Positions 19,067 through 28,243 of a DNA stretch of 34,883 nt are shown here, in pieces. How positions within the stretch are numbered: position 1 is the stretch's first letter; the number at the start of each line of letters is the position of its first letter. The translations under genes and the position numbers were made by a program. The stretch is from a virus (Duplodnaviria > Heunggongvirae > Uroviricota > Caudoviricetes). The notes under the pieces are model-generated. The model did no database searches. It saw only the letters and a list, made by a program, of their open reading frames with translations, and had not been told where the DNA came from. Location of the stretch: IMG/VR virus record IMGVR_UViG_2706794664_000015. The stretch is one strand, 5' to 3'.

Positions 19067-19492
19067 ATGAAGAAATTATCCCTTTCACTGATGCTGAACG
19101 TGTCGCTGGCGCTGATGCTGGCACTGTCCCTGATTTACCCGCAGAGCGTGGCCGTCAGTTTTGTCGCTGCATGGGCGATTCTGGCGACGGTTATCTGTGT
19201 GATTGCCGGTGGTGTCGGCGTGTATGCCGCGGAGTATGTGCTGGAACGCTACGGGCGGGAGCTGCCGCCGGAATCGCTGGCCGTGAAGATTGTCACGTCG
19301 CTGTTTTTGCAGCCGGTGCCGTGGCGCAGACGGGCAGCGGCTCTGATGGTGATGGTGGCGACGTTTATCTCGCTGGTCGCTGCCGGGTGGATTTTTACCG
19401 CACTGATTTATCTCGTGGCATCGCTGTTTTTCCGGCTGATACGTACGGCCTGCCGTCAGCGTCTTGAGGGGCGGGAACCATGTCAAAACTGA
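19067..19492 (+). CDS. lysA: Lysis-associated membrane protein (P2 LysA-like)
   Basis: 141 aa, highly hydrophobic with several predicted TM segments; follows K. Confidence 0.75.
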   Translation: MKKLSLSLMLNVSLALMLALSLIYPQSVAVSFVAAWAILATVICVIAGGVGVYAAEYVLERYGRELPPESLAVKIVTSLFLQPVPWRRRAAALMVMVATFISLVAAGWIFTALIYLVASLFFRLIRTACRQRLEGREPCQN

Positions 19493-19905
19493 TGATTGTG
19501 CTGGTTGTGTTGTTATCGCTGGCGGTGGCCGGTCTGTTTCTGGTGAAACACAAAAATGCCAGCCTGCGCGCCTTGCTGGACAGGGCGAACAACGTCGCCA
19601 GTGAACAGCAGACGACCATCACCATGCTGAAAAACCAGCTTCATGTTGCCCTCACCAGGGCAGACAAAAACGAGCTGGCGCAGGTGGCACTGCGTCAGGA
19701 ACTGGAGAACGCCGCGAAGCGTGAAGCTCAGCGCGAGAAAACCATCACGAGGTTACTTAATGAAAACGAAGATTTTCGCCGCTGGTACGGTGCTGACCTG
19801 CCTGATGCTGTGCGCCGGTTGCACCAGCGCACAGCCTGCGCAGACGCCAGTGATTGTCCACAACGCCTGCCCGAAAGTGAGCCTTTGCCCGATGCCGGGC
19901 AGTGA
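19480..19905 (+). CDS. lysB: Rz-like i-spanin (P2 LysB-like)
   Basis: 141 aa; N-terminal TM segment followed by charged coiled-coil-like region; overlaps the lysA end. Confidence 0.75.
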   Translation: MSKLMIVLVVLLSLAVAGLFLVKHKNASLRALLDRANNVASEQQTTITMLKNQLHVALTRADKNELAQVALRQELENAAKREAQREKTITRLLNENEDFRRWYGADLPDAVRRLHQRTACADASDCPQRLPESEPLPDAGQ

Positions 19906-20050
19906 CCCGCAGACGAACGGCGATTTAAGTGCTGATATCCGGCAGCTTGAGAACGCGCTGGCACGCTGTGCCAGCCAGGTAAAAATGATTAAACACTGTC
20001 AGGACGAAAACGATGCTCAAACCCGACAGCCTGCGCAGGGCGCTGACTGA
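19760..20050 (+). CDS. lysC: Rz1-like o-spanin lipoprotein (P2 LysC-like), embedded out of frame in lysB
   Basis: ATG 19760 with GAGG 7 nt upstream; lipobox-like LCAGC signal peptide; Pro/Cys-rich mature part; starts inside lysB in another frame and extends beyond it. Confidence 0.65.
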   Translation: MKTKIFAAGTVLTCLMLCAGCTSAQPAQTPVIVHNACPKVSLCPMPGSDPQTNGDLSADIRQLENALARCASQVKMIKHCQDENDAQTRQPAQGAD

Positions 20051-20480
20051 TGCCGTCACGGTGCTGAAAACAAGCCCCGAGATGCTGCGGATATTCGTGG
20101 ATAACGGGAGTATTGCCTCCACACTGGCGACGTCGCTGTCATTCGAAAAGCGTTACACGCTCAACGTGATTGTGACCGACTTTACCGGTGATTTTGACCT
20201 GCTCATCGTGCCGGTGCTGGCGTGGCTGCGGGAAAATCAGCCCGACATCATGACCACCGACGAAGGCCAGAAAAAGGGCTTCACGTTTTATGCAGACATC
20301 AACAATGACAGCAGCTTTGATATCAGCATCAGCCTGATGCTGACCGAGCGCACGCTGGTCAGTGAGGTGGACGGCGCGCTGCATGTGAAGAATATCCCGG
20401 AACCTCCGCCGCCGGAGCCGGTCACCCGCCCGATGGAGCTTTATATCAATGGCGAACTGGTGAGTAAGTGGGATGAATGA
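20013..20480 (+). CDS. R: Tail completion protein (P2 gpR-like)
   Basis: 155-aa ORF in the conserved position after the lysis genes. Confidence 0.8.
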   Translation: MLKPDSLRRALTDAVTVLKTSPEMLRIFVDNGSIASTLATSLSFEKRYTLNVIVTDFTGDFDLLIVPVLAWLRENQPDIMTTDEGQKKGFTFYADINNDSSFDISISLMLTERTLVSEVDGALHVKNIPEPPPPEPVTRPMELYINGELVSKWDE

Positions 20481-20925
20481 GTTTAAGCGTTTTGAAGACA
20501 GGCTGACCGGACTTATTGAGTCGCTGTCACCGTCAGGGCGTCGGCGACTGAGCGCCGAACTGGCGAAACGTCTGCGTCAGAGTCAGCAGCGTCGGGTGAT
20601 GGCACAGAAAGCCCCGGACGGCACACCCTACGCACCACGCCAGCAGCAGAGCGCCAGAAAAAAGACCGGTCGCGTTAAGCGAAAAATGTTTGCGAAACTT
20701 ATCANNNNNNNNNNNNNNNNNNNNNNNNNNNNNNNNNNNNNNNNNNNNNNNNNNNNNNNNNNNNNNNNNNNNNNNNNNNNNNNNNNNNNNNNNNNNNNNN
20801 NNNNNNNNNNNNNNNNNNNNNNNNNNNNNNNNNNNNNNNNNNNNNNNNNNNNNNNNNNNNNNNNNNNNNNNNNNNNNNNNNNNNNNNNNNNNNNNNNNNN
20901 NNNNNNNNNNNNNNNNNNNNNNNNN
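20473..20925 (+). CDS. S: Tail completion protein (P2 gpS-like)
   Basis: ATG 20473 overlapping the R stop; N-terminal 77 aa visible, remainder in N-mask 20705-20968; end estimated from a 150-aa gpS. Confidence 0.65.
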
Positions 20926-20996
20926 NNNNNNNNNNNNNNNNNNNNNNNNNNNNNNNNNNNNNNNNNNNGGTATGACCCGGCGGCATCCTTCCCGTT

Positions 20997-21632
20997 ATGA
21001 ACACTCTCGCAAATATTCAGGAACTCGCGCGCGCACTGCGCAACATGATCCGCACCGGCATTATCGTCGAAACCGACCTTAATGCCGGTCGCTGCCGTGT
21101 GCAGACCGGCGGCATGTGCACCGACTGGCTTCAGTGGCTGACCCATCGCGCCGGACGTTCGCGCACATGGTGGGCACCTTCCGTGGGGGAACAGGTGCTG
21201 ATTCTGGCCGTAGGCGGTGAACTCGACACGGCGTTCGTTCTGCCGGGGATTTATTCCGGTGATAACCCCGCGCCGTCTGCGTCGGCGGATGCCCTGCATA
21301 TCCGTTTCCCTGACGGGGCGGTGATTGAGTATGAACCTGAAACCAGTGCACTCACGGTAAGCGGAATTAAAACGGCCAGCGTGACGGCTTCTGATTCTGT
21401 TACTGCCACGGTGCCGGTGGTCACGGTGAAAGCATCAACCCGCGTCACTCTGGACACGCCGGAGGTGGTCTNNNNNNNNNNNNNNNNNNNNNNNNNNNNN
21501 NNNNNNNNNNNNNNNNNNNNNNNNNNNNNNNNNNNNNNNNNNNNNNNNNNNNNNNNNNNNNNNNNNNNNNNNNNNNNNNNNNNNNNNNNNNNNNNNNNNN
21601 NNNNNNNNNNNNNNNNNNNNNNNNNNNNNNNN
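20997..21632 (+). CDS. V: Baseplate assembly protein (P2 gpV-like)
   Basis: ATG 20997; 158 aa visible before N-mask 21472-21736; end estimated from a 211-aa gpV. Confidence 0.7.
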
Positions 21633-21647
21633 NNNNNNNNNNNNNNN

Positions 21648-21995
21648 NNNNNNNNNNNNNNNNNNNNNNNNNNNNNNNNNNNNNNNNNNNNNNNNNNNNN
21701 NNNNNNNNNNNNNNNNNNNNNNNNNNNNNNNNNNNNGCGCACGCCGGTCGGCTCACGGGTGATGCGTCGTGATTACGGCTCGTTGCTGGCGTCAATGATT
21801 GACCAGCCGCAGACCCCGGCGCTTGAGTTGCAGATTAAGGTCGCCTGTTACATGGCCGTGCTGAAATGGGAAGCCCGCGTCACCCTGTCATCCGTCACCA
21901 CGGCGCGCAGCTTTGACGGGCGAATGACGGTCACGTTAACCGGCCAGCACAACGACACCGGCCAGCCACTTTCGTTAACCATCCCTGTGAGTTGA
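21648..21995 (+). CDS. W: Baseplate wedge protein (P2 gpW-like)
   Basis: C-terminal 86 aa visible after the mask, ending at 21995; start is masked and estimated from a 115-aa gpW. Confidence 0.65.
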   Translation, partial: XXXXXXXXXXXXXXXXXXXXXXXXXXXXXXRTPVGSRVMRRDYGSLLASMIDQPQTPALELQIKVACYMAVLKWEARVTLSSVTTARSFDGRMTVTLTGQHNDTGQPLSLTIPVS

Positions 21996-21999
21996 AACC

Positions 22000-22908
22000 A
22001 TGCCGATTATCGACCTGAACCAGCTACCCGCACCGGATGTGGTCGAGGAGCTGGACTTTGAAACCATTCTTGCCGAACGCAAGGCGACACTGATTTCCCT
22101 TTACCCGGAAGACCAGCAGGAGGCGGTCGCCCGTACCCTGACGCTGGAATCCGAGCCTCTCGTCAAACTGCTGGAGGAAAATGCTTATCGTGAGCTTATC
22201 TGGCGTCAGCGTGTGAATGAGGCCGCACGGGCGGTAATGCTGGCCTGTGCCGCCGGTAATGACCTTGATGTGATTGGTGCCAATTACAACACCACGCGCC
22301 TGATTATCACCCCGGCAGATGATTCGACCCTCCCGCCGACACCGGCAGTGATGGAATCTGACACGGATTATCGTCTGCGTATTCAGCAGGCGTTTGAAGG
22401 TTTAAGCGTCGCCGGGTCGGTGGGGGCCTATCAGTATCATGGTCGCAGTGCCGACGGGCGTGTCGCGGATATTTCTGTAACCAGTCCGTCTCCGGCCTGC
22501 GTCACCATCTCTGTGCTGTCACGTGAAAATAACGGTGTCGCATCCGAAGACCTGCTGGCGGTGGTGCGTAACGCCCTTAATGGTGAGGACGTCAGGCCGG
22601 TGGCCGACCGCGTGACCGTGCAGTCTGCCGCCATCGTTGAATACCAGATAAACGCCACGCTTTACCTTTACCCTGGTCCCGAAAGCGAACCCATACGCGC
22701 TGCTGCCGTGAAAAAACTGGAAGCGTACATCACGGCACAGCACCGGCTGGGGCGCGACATCCGTCTGTCTGCCATTTATGCCGCTTTGCATGTGGAAGGC
22801 GTGCAGCGTGTCGAACTGACTGCACCGCTGGCCGACATCGTGCTCAACAGTACGCAGGCGTCTTTCTGTACCGAATACCGCGTCGTGACCGGAGGCTCGG
22901 ATGAGTGA
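22000..22908 (+). CDS. J: Baseplate protein (P2 gpJ-like)
   Basis: 302-aa ORF, start 5 nt after the W stop; overlaps the I start. Confidence 0.85.
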   Translation: MPIIDLNQLPAPDVVEELDFETILAERKATLISLYPEDQQEAVARTLTLESEPLVKLLEENAYRELIWRQRVNEAARAVMLACAAGNDLDVIGANYNTTRLIITPADDSTLPPTPAVMESDTDYRLRIQQAFEGLSVAGSVGAYQYHGRSADGRVADISVTSPSPACVTISVLSRENNGVASEDLLAVVRNALNGEDVRPVADRVTVQSAAIVEYQINATLYLYPGPESEPIRAAAVKKLEAYITAQHRLGRDIRLSAIYAALHVEGVQRVELTAPLADIVLNSTQASFCTEYRVVTGGSDE

Positions 22909-23440
22909 TTCGCGACTGCTGCCGACCGGCTCATCACCGCTTGAAGTTGCCGCCGCAAAAGCCTGTGCGGAAATTGAAAAAACGCCGGTCAGGATTCGTG
23001 AACTGTGGAACCCGGATACCTGTCCGGCAAATCTGCTGCCGTGGCTGGCGTGGGCGTTTTCGGTCGACAGGTGGGATGAAAAGTGGCCGGAAGCGACAAA
23101 ACGCGCCGTTATCCGCGATGNNNNNNNNNNNNNNNNNNNNNNNNNNNNNNNNNNNNNNNNNNNNNNNNNNNNNNNNNNNNNNNNNNNNNNNNNNNNNNNN
23201 NNNNNNNNNNNNNNNNNNNNNNNNNNNNNNNNNNNNNNNNNNNNNNNNNNNNNNNNNNNNNNNNNNNNNNNNNNNNNNNNNNNNNNNNNNNNNNNNNNNN
23301 NNNNNNNNNNNNNNNNNNNNNNNNNNNNNNNNNNNNNNNNNNNNNNNNNNNNNNNNNNNNNNNNNNNNNNNNNTCCCGGCTACCTGTTCGCCGGTGGTGT
23401 GGCTTACGACGGCGATGTAATTACGGTTTACCCCGGATAA
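22901..23440 (+). CDS. I: Baseplate protein (P2 gpI-like)
   Basis: ATG 22901 overlapping the J end; interrupted by N-mask 23121-23373; ends at 23440 just before H. Confidence 0.7.
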   Translation: MSDSRLLPTGSSPLEVAAAKACAEIEKTPVRIRELWNPDTCPANLLPWLAWAFSVDRWDEKWPEATKRAVIRDXXXXXXXXXXXXXXXXXXXXXXXXXXXXXXXXXXXXXXXXXXXXXXXXXXXXXXXXXXXXXXXXXXXXXXXXXXXXXXXXXXXXXPGYLFAGGVAYDGDVITVYPG

Positions 23441-23450
23441 GTGAGGAATA

Positions 23451-25769
23451 ATGAGCACAAAATTCAGAACCGTTATCACCACTGCCGGTGCAGCAAAGCT
23501 GGCAGCGGCAACCGCACCGGGAGGGCGGAAGGTCAACATTACCACGATGGCCGTCGGGGATGGCGGTGGTAAATTGCCTGTCCCGGATGCCGGACAGACC
23601 GGGCTTATCCACGAAGTCTGGCGACATACGCTGAACAAAATCAGCCAGGACAAACGAAACAGTAATTATATTATCGCAGAGCTGGTTATTCCGCCGGAGG
23701 TGGGCGGTTTCTGGATGCGTGAGCTTGGCCTGTACGATGATGCGGGAACGTTAATTGCCGTGGCGAACATGGCCGAAAGTTATAAGCCAGCTCTTGCCGA
23801 AGGCTCAGGGCGTTCGCAGACCTGTCGCATGGTCATCATCGTCAGCAGTGTGGCCTCGGTGGAGCTGACCATTGACACCACAACGGTGATGGCGACACAG
23901 GATTACGTTGATGACAAAATTGCAGAGCACGAACAGTCACGACGTCACCCGGACGCCTCGCTGACCGCAAAAGGTTTTACTCAGTTAAGCAGTGCGACCA
24001 ACAGCACGTCTGAAACACTGGCCGCAACGCCGAAAGCGGTAAAGGCCGCCTATGACCTTGCTAACGGGAAATATACCGCACAGGACGCTACCACAGCTCG
24101 AAAAGGTCTTGTCCAGCTCAGTAGTGCCACCAACAGCACGTCTGAAACGCTTGCGGCAACGCCAAAGGCGGTTAAGACAGCGTATGACCTTGCTAACGGG
24201 AAATACACTGCACAGGACGCCACTACAGCGCGAAAAGGTCTTGTCCAGCTCAGTAGCGCCACCAACAGCGATTCTGAAACGCTTGCGGCAACACCAAAGG
24301 CGGTTAAGACAGCGTATGACCTTGCTAACGGGAAATACACTGCACAGGATGCCACCACAGCGCGAAAAGGTCTTGTCCAGCTAAGTAGTGCCATCAACAG
24401 CGATTCTGAAACGCTGGCCGCAACGCCAAAAGCAGTGAAGTCTGCCTATGACAATGCTGAAAAACGTCTTCAGAAAGATCAGAACGGTGCGGATATTCCG
24501 GGAAAGGATACCTTCACGAAAAATATCGGTGCCTGTCGTGCTTATAGCGGCGCTTTGAGCACTGAAGCCGGAAACTGGACAACCGCTCAGTTTATTGAAT
24601 GGCTGGATTCCCGTGGTGCATTTAATCATCCGTACTGGATGTGCAAAGGCTCCTGGTCATATGCAAATAACAAAATCATTACGGATACCGGATGTGGTGA
24701 TATCCACCTGGCTGGTTGTGTCGTCGAGGTCATGGGAACTAAATCTGCAATCACTATCCGAGTGACCACGCCAACAACATCAAGCGGTGGCGGTACAACC
24801 AGCGCGCAATTCACTTACATAAATCATGGGGACGGCTACTCCCCCGGCTGGCGTCGTGACTGGAATCGTCAGGGCGACTCAATGACCGGAACGATTAATC
24901 AGGATGGCGGAAGCCAGAATGCCTATATGTCTACGGCCTTATGTTCAGGCACCAGAGGCGGCAAAAAATATCTCAGAAAGTTTCGTGGTGGAGAAGGAGA
25001 TACTATCTGGCATGAAACAGTTCAGGGCGGGGTAATTCGCTGGGCGACAGGAAACAATGACGCTCAGGAAGAATTATCACTCAGCTCCGCTTATGGTCTC
25101 CGTTCAAGAGGTGAAATTACATCACTCAGTGCTAATGGTCTGCGCATTGCTTATGGCAATTATGGATTCTTTATCAGGAATGATGGCGGCAGCACATATT
25201 TAATGCTGACGGCCTCTGGCGATAAATTTGGGACATGGAACGGCTTAAGACCGCTGACTATCAATAACGCCAATGGCGGAGTGTCAATGGGGCATGGCCT
25301 GAGTGTTACAGGTGATATTGTCTCAAGTACCAAAGTACGTGCCGGTAGCGGGAAAAAGTTCACGGTCAGCAGCAGCAATACATCCACGAAGGAAGCCGCA
25401 TTCAATTTGTGGGGAAACTCAAGTCGTCCTGTGGTGGCTGAATTAGGTGATGATGCAGGCTGGCATTTTTACAGTCAGAGAAATACAGATAACAGCATCA
25501 CTTTTGCTGTTAACGGGCAGGTATCACCATCTAACTATGGCAACTTTGATTCACGCTATGTCCGGGATATCCGGCTTGGTGGTGCTGCCACATACAAACC
25601 TGCGAACAATGGTATGACATGGACACATCAGGCACCGTCCGGGTGTGTATATTCCGGCATTATTGTTCAGGATACCGGCTCAAACTCTGCCGATAACATT
25701 GGTGGCGTATATTACAGACCGGTGCAGAAATACATTAACGGGACTTGGTATAACGTGGCACAGGTATAA
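23451..25769 (+). CDS. H: Tail fiber protein (P2 gpH-like) with internal tandem repeats
   Basis: 772-aa ORF; conserved N-terminal tail-fiber region; 44-aa repeats in the middle; C-terminal region is the presumed receptor-binding part. Confidence 0.88.
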   Translation: MSTKFRTVITTAGAAKLAAATAPGGRKVNITTMAVGDGGGKLPVPDAGQTGLIHEVWRHTLNKISQDKRNSNYIIAELVIPPEVGGFWMRELGLYDDAGTLIAVANMAESYKPALAEGSGRSQTCRMVIIVSSVASVELTIDTTTVMATQDYVDDKIAEHEQSRRHPDASLTAKGFTQLSSATNSTSETLAATPKAVKAAYDLANGKYTAQDATTARKGLVQLSSATNSTSETLAATPKAVKTAYDLANGKYTAQDATTARKGLVQLSSATNSDSETLAATPKAVKTAYDLANGKYTAQDATTARKGLVQLSSAINSDSETLAATPKAVKSAYDNAEKRLQKDQNGADIPGKDTFTKNIGACRAYSGALSTEAGNWTTAQFIEWLDSRGAFNHPYWMCKGSWSYANNKIITDTGCGDIHLAGCVVEVMGTKSAITIRVTTPTTSSGGGTTSAQFTYINHGDGYSPGWRRDWNRQGDSMTGTINQDGGSQNAYMSTALCSGTRGGKKYLRKFRGGEGDTIWHETVQGGVIRWATGNNDAQEELSLSSAYGLRSRGEITSLSANGLRIAYGNYGFFIRNDGGSTYLMLTASGDKFGTWNGLRPLTINNANGGVSMGHGLSVTGDIVSSTKVRAGSGKKFTVSSSNTSTKEAAFNLWGNSSRPVVAELGDDAGWHFYSQRNTDNSITFAVNGQVSPSNYGNFDSRYVRDIRLGGAATYKPANNGMTWTHQAPSGCVYSGIIVQDTGSNSADNIGGVYYRPVQKYINGTWYNVAQV
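23970..24460 (+). repeat. Tandem 132-bp repeats (about 3.7 copies) inside tail fiber gene H
   Basis: Unit starts at 23970, 24102, 24234 and 24366 (period 132 bp, 44 aa: ...LSSATNSTSETLAATPKAVKAAYDLANGKYTAQDATTARKGLVQ...); near-identical copies with a few substitutions. Confidence 0.9.
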
Positions 25770-25772
25770 TTT

Positions 25773-26300
25773 ATGCAGCATTTGATAAATATAACGGCAG
25801 GTAATCCAAAAACGGTTGAACAATATCAATTGACAAAGGACTTTGATGTTGTCTGGTTTTTTTCAGAAGATGGTAAGAACTGGTACGAAGAACAAAAGTA
25901 TTTTGCTGATGACACGATAAAAATAGCGTACGACAAAGATAATATTATCCGCTATGTGGAAAAGGATGTGACAGCTATCAGACCGGATGGATTAAGTGTT
26001 GTTGAAGTGCCGGATATTACTGCTAACCGACGGGCGGACATTTCAGGGAACTGGATGTTTAAGGACTGTACAGTGATTAAACGAATTTATACGGCAGAGG
26101 AATTGCAGCAGCAGGCAGAAAATCGGAAAGCCAGACTTCTTGCAGATGCTGAATCCGTGATTTTGCCGCTGGAGCGCGCTGTCAGGCTGAATATGGCAAC
26201 AGATGAGGAGCGCAGTCGACTGGAGGCATGGGAACGCTACAGTGTTCTGGTCAGTCGTGTGGATCCTGCAAATCCTGAATGGCCGGAAATGCCGCAATAA
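25773..26300 (+). CDS. G: Tail fiber assembly chaperone (P2 gpG-like)
   Basis: 175-aa ORF directly downstream of H; conserved position and length. Confidence 0.82.
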   Translation: MQHLINITAGNPKTVEQYQLTKDFDVVWFFSEDGKNWYEEQKYFADDTIKIAYDKDNIIRYVEKDVTAIRPDGLSVVEVPDITANRRADISGNWMFKDCTVIKRIYTAEELQQQAENRKARLLADAESVILPLERAVRLNMATDEERSRLEAWERYSVLVSRVDPANPEWPEMPQ

Positions 26301-26381
26301 GTTGTATGAGCTCTGGTGTGAGCTTACATATCTATGGCACAGAGTAAAGCCTAATCTGAGAGTCCGCTCTGTGCCAGAAGT

Positions 26382-26408
26382 AGACGCACAAGGTGGGCGT
26401 GTCTTTTT
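26382..26408 (+). terminator. Putative rho-independent terminator after G
   Basis: Imperfect GC-rich stem-loop (AGACGCACAAGGTGGGCGTGTCT) followed by TTTTT at 26404-26408; located between G and the convergent cargo gene. Confidence 0.45.
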
Positions 26409-26414
26409 CTTAAG

Positions 26415-27833
26415 CTACATCGGGCTCTTATATGGGGAATGAGAGTTTTTGAAACGCGGTTCTTCATGCTTCGGACTGTAAATTCTTGCATGATTATCTA
26501 TCACAACTTTACTTCCAAGAATATCTCGAGCTTCTCCTAACGACCACACAGTAGAAAGATCATTAGTCAAATTTCGATAGAGAGCACGAAACCCCTTGGG
26601 TTTTTTAAGATCATATAAGAAATCAGGAACTTTAACTTTAAAATTAAAGGTCGGTAGTTTCGGAAGGGAATTAATAGCCGCAACAGTATTGTATACATGT
26701 ACAAGCTTAGTTACAGGTACACCTTGTCTAGTCTTGAGCCCATACTTAGTTCGAATATAATCTGATTCTTTCGATACTTCAGTAAGCAATGCTCTTACTG
26801 ACTTATTAGCTTGAGGCAATTCATTTTCATCAAACAAGCGCTTTATTTCTCGCATTTTCTCACGGGCCCTTACAAATTCGTTGTTGTCCCTTATGTTATA
26901 AGCAGCTTCAACAATACAACTTGGATCACCAGTTTCTTTTGCGAGCCATGCCGAAAATAAAGGAAGCGAAGTTGCTGTTGCTACAGCTTTACCACCAGAA
27001 TGAATATCAATGAGATCATGACTTAACGAAGTGGAAAAGTTTTCTACAATATGTTTAGCATAGTTAAAACCATACTGACAGTTTTGGCTTAAATATGTCT
27101 GTTGATACGCCTGACGTAATGGATATAAAAAAGTATCTGCTTGAAGGTACTTAGCTGTGAGAGAATAAAATACTGCCCGATTAGCCAGCCATACAAGCGA
27201 AGCCACGAATGCTTTGATTGCATCTGATGCTTCACCAGCAGATGTGCCATCCCCCCATTTTGCTCCGGGAACTTTGTACCCCTTGCGAATAGGGTTGCCA
27301 AATCGATCGAGAAGTTCAACATCGCCATTTGTTCTATTACCAGACTCAGCAGCATCACGCAGTTCTGAAAAAATGGCAGCAGCAATGTTACCATATTTTT
27401 CAAACTCCTTACCTCCATCAGATAAGTTCTTCAGTGTTAGATGATAAACACTTGAACTAATGTCCCATGTACATATGATATGTGTCTGAAGAAGTTCAAT
27501 TAGTTTTTTAAAATCGTCATTAACAAATGTTCCACCACGAATTTTAGGTTTCAATGCATCAGATATTTTTTTTGCTTCACTTTCAATTTCATCCAACCCA
27601 TATTGTGCTTTATCAAGAAATAATATCTCTCTGAAACTTGAAATCCTACTCCCACGGTACTCTGGAATATAATCATCAACCGCGATAACGTGATCATAGA
27701 ACAAAATAGACTGTATATAGTTCTCAAATGCTATTATGTCTGTATCTACTGAGTCCTTCGATCTTGTTTTTACTTTCCCCTCGATTCTTTGGACTGCAGT
27801 TAGAGTTGAATTATCAATCAGTGCGTATGTCAT
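26415..27833 (-). CDS. Uncharacterised 472-aa cargo protein in the Z/fun slot (candidate defense gene)
   Basis: ATG 27831-27833 with AAGGAA RBS; AT-rich; antisense to the late operon between G and FI; no catalytic or NTP-binding motif recognised by eye. Confidence 0.8.
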   Translation of the reverse strand: MTYALIDNSTLTAVQRIEGKVKTRSKDSVDTDIIAFENYIQSILFYDHVIAVDDYIPEYRGSRISSFREILFLDKAQYGLDEIESEAKKISDALKPKIRGGTFVNDDFKKLIELLQTHIICTWDISSSVYHLTLKNLSDGGKEFEKYGNIAAAIFSELRDAAESGNRTNGDVELLDRFGNPIRKGYKVPGAKWGDGTSAGEASDAIKAFVASLVWLANRAVFYSLTAKYLQADTFLYPLRQAYQQTYLSQNCQYGFNYAKHIVENFSTSLSHDLIDIHSGGKAVATATSLPLFSAWLAKETGDPSCIVEAAYNIRDNNEFVRAREKMREIKRLFDENELPQANKSVRALLTEVSKESDYIRTKYGLKTRQGVPVTKLVHVYNTVAAINSLPKLPTFNFKVKVPDFLYDLKKPKGFRALYRNLTNDLSTVWSLGEARDILGSKVVIDNHARIYSPKHEEPRFKNSHSPYKSPM

Positions 27834-28099
27834 TTACATTCCTTAAATAAAAAACATTAATGGTTGCTCCAAAAATACTAGCAACCTTATTTCAGTGAAG
27901 TCAATTTTTTAACATTAATCATTTACACACGCTTGAAAAGTGATCGCTGAAAATGGCATTTACTACATTATCAAAGTTCCCATCGAAGATAATCGAAATT
28001 TTTCCCGGTAGCAGATATCGTGAGATTTAACGCTTTTCGCTCATAGCAGGCTGTCAGATTTGATAGCGTTTGGGCTATGTAAACTGTCAGTCGGAAAAT

Positions 28100-28170
28100 G
28101 AGTGTGTACAAATCAGGACATGCGGGCGAATTGCCCGCATTTTCTTTATCTGTTGTTTCATCCACTGACC
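28100..28170 (+). promoter_or_regulatory. Candidate Ogr-dependent late promoter upstream of FI
   Basis: TGT-N12-ACA element at 28103-28120, as described for P2 late promoters, about 125 bp upstream of the FI start; adjacent GC hairpin GCGGGC-GAATT-GCCCGC (28122-28138). Confidence 0.35.
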
Positions 28171-28243
28171 AGCCAGGTCAAATAGCGTCTCATGCACTGC
28201 CCAACAGAAAATAGTTGCACCCATTAACCACGGAGTTAAACGG

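Noticed and set aside
24050-24397. ORFs of 110-115 aa on both strands inside the tail fiber gene
   Set aside because: They lie entirely within the 132-bp tandem repeat array of H and have internally repetitive translations; they are repeat-driven artefacts, not genes.
23970-24460. Possible CRISPR array (regular direct repeats)
   Set aside because: Repeats are 132 bp, contiguous with no spacers, and in frame within a tail fiber ORF; the IS terminal repeats are likewise not CRISPR-like.
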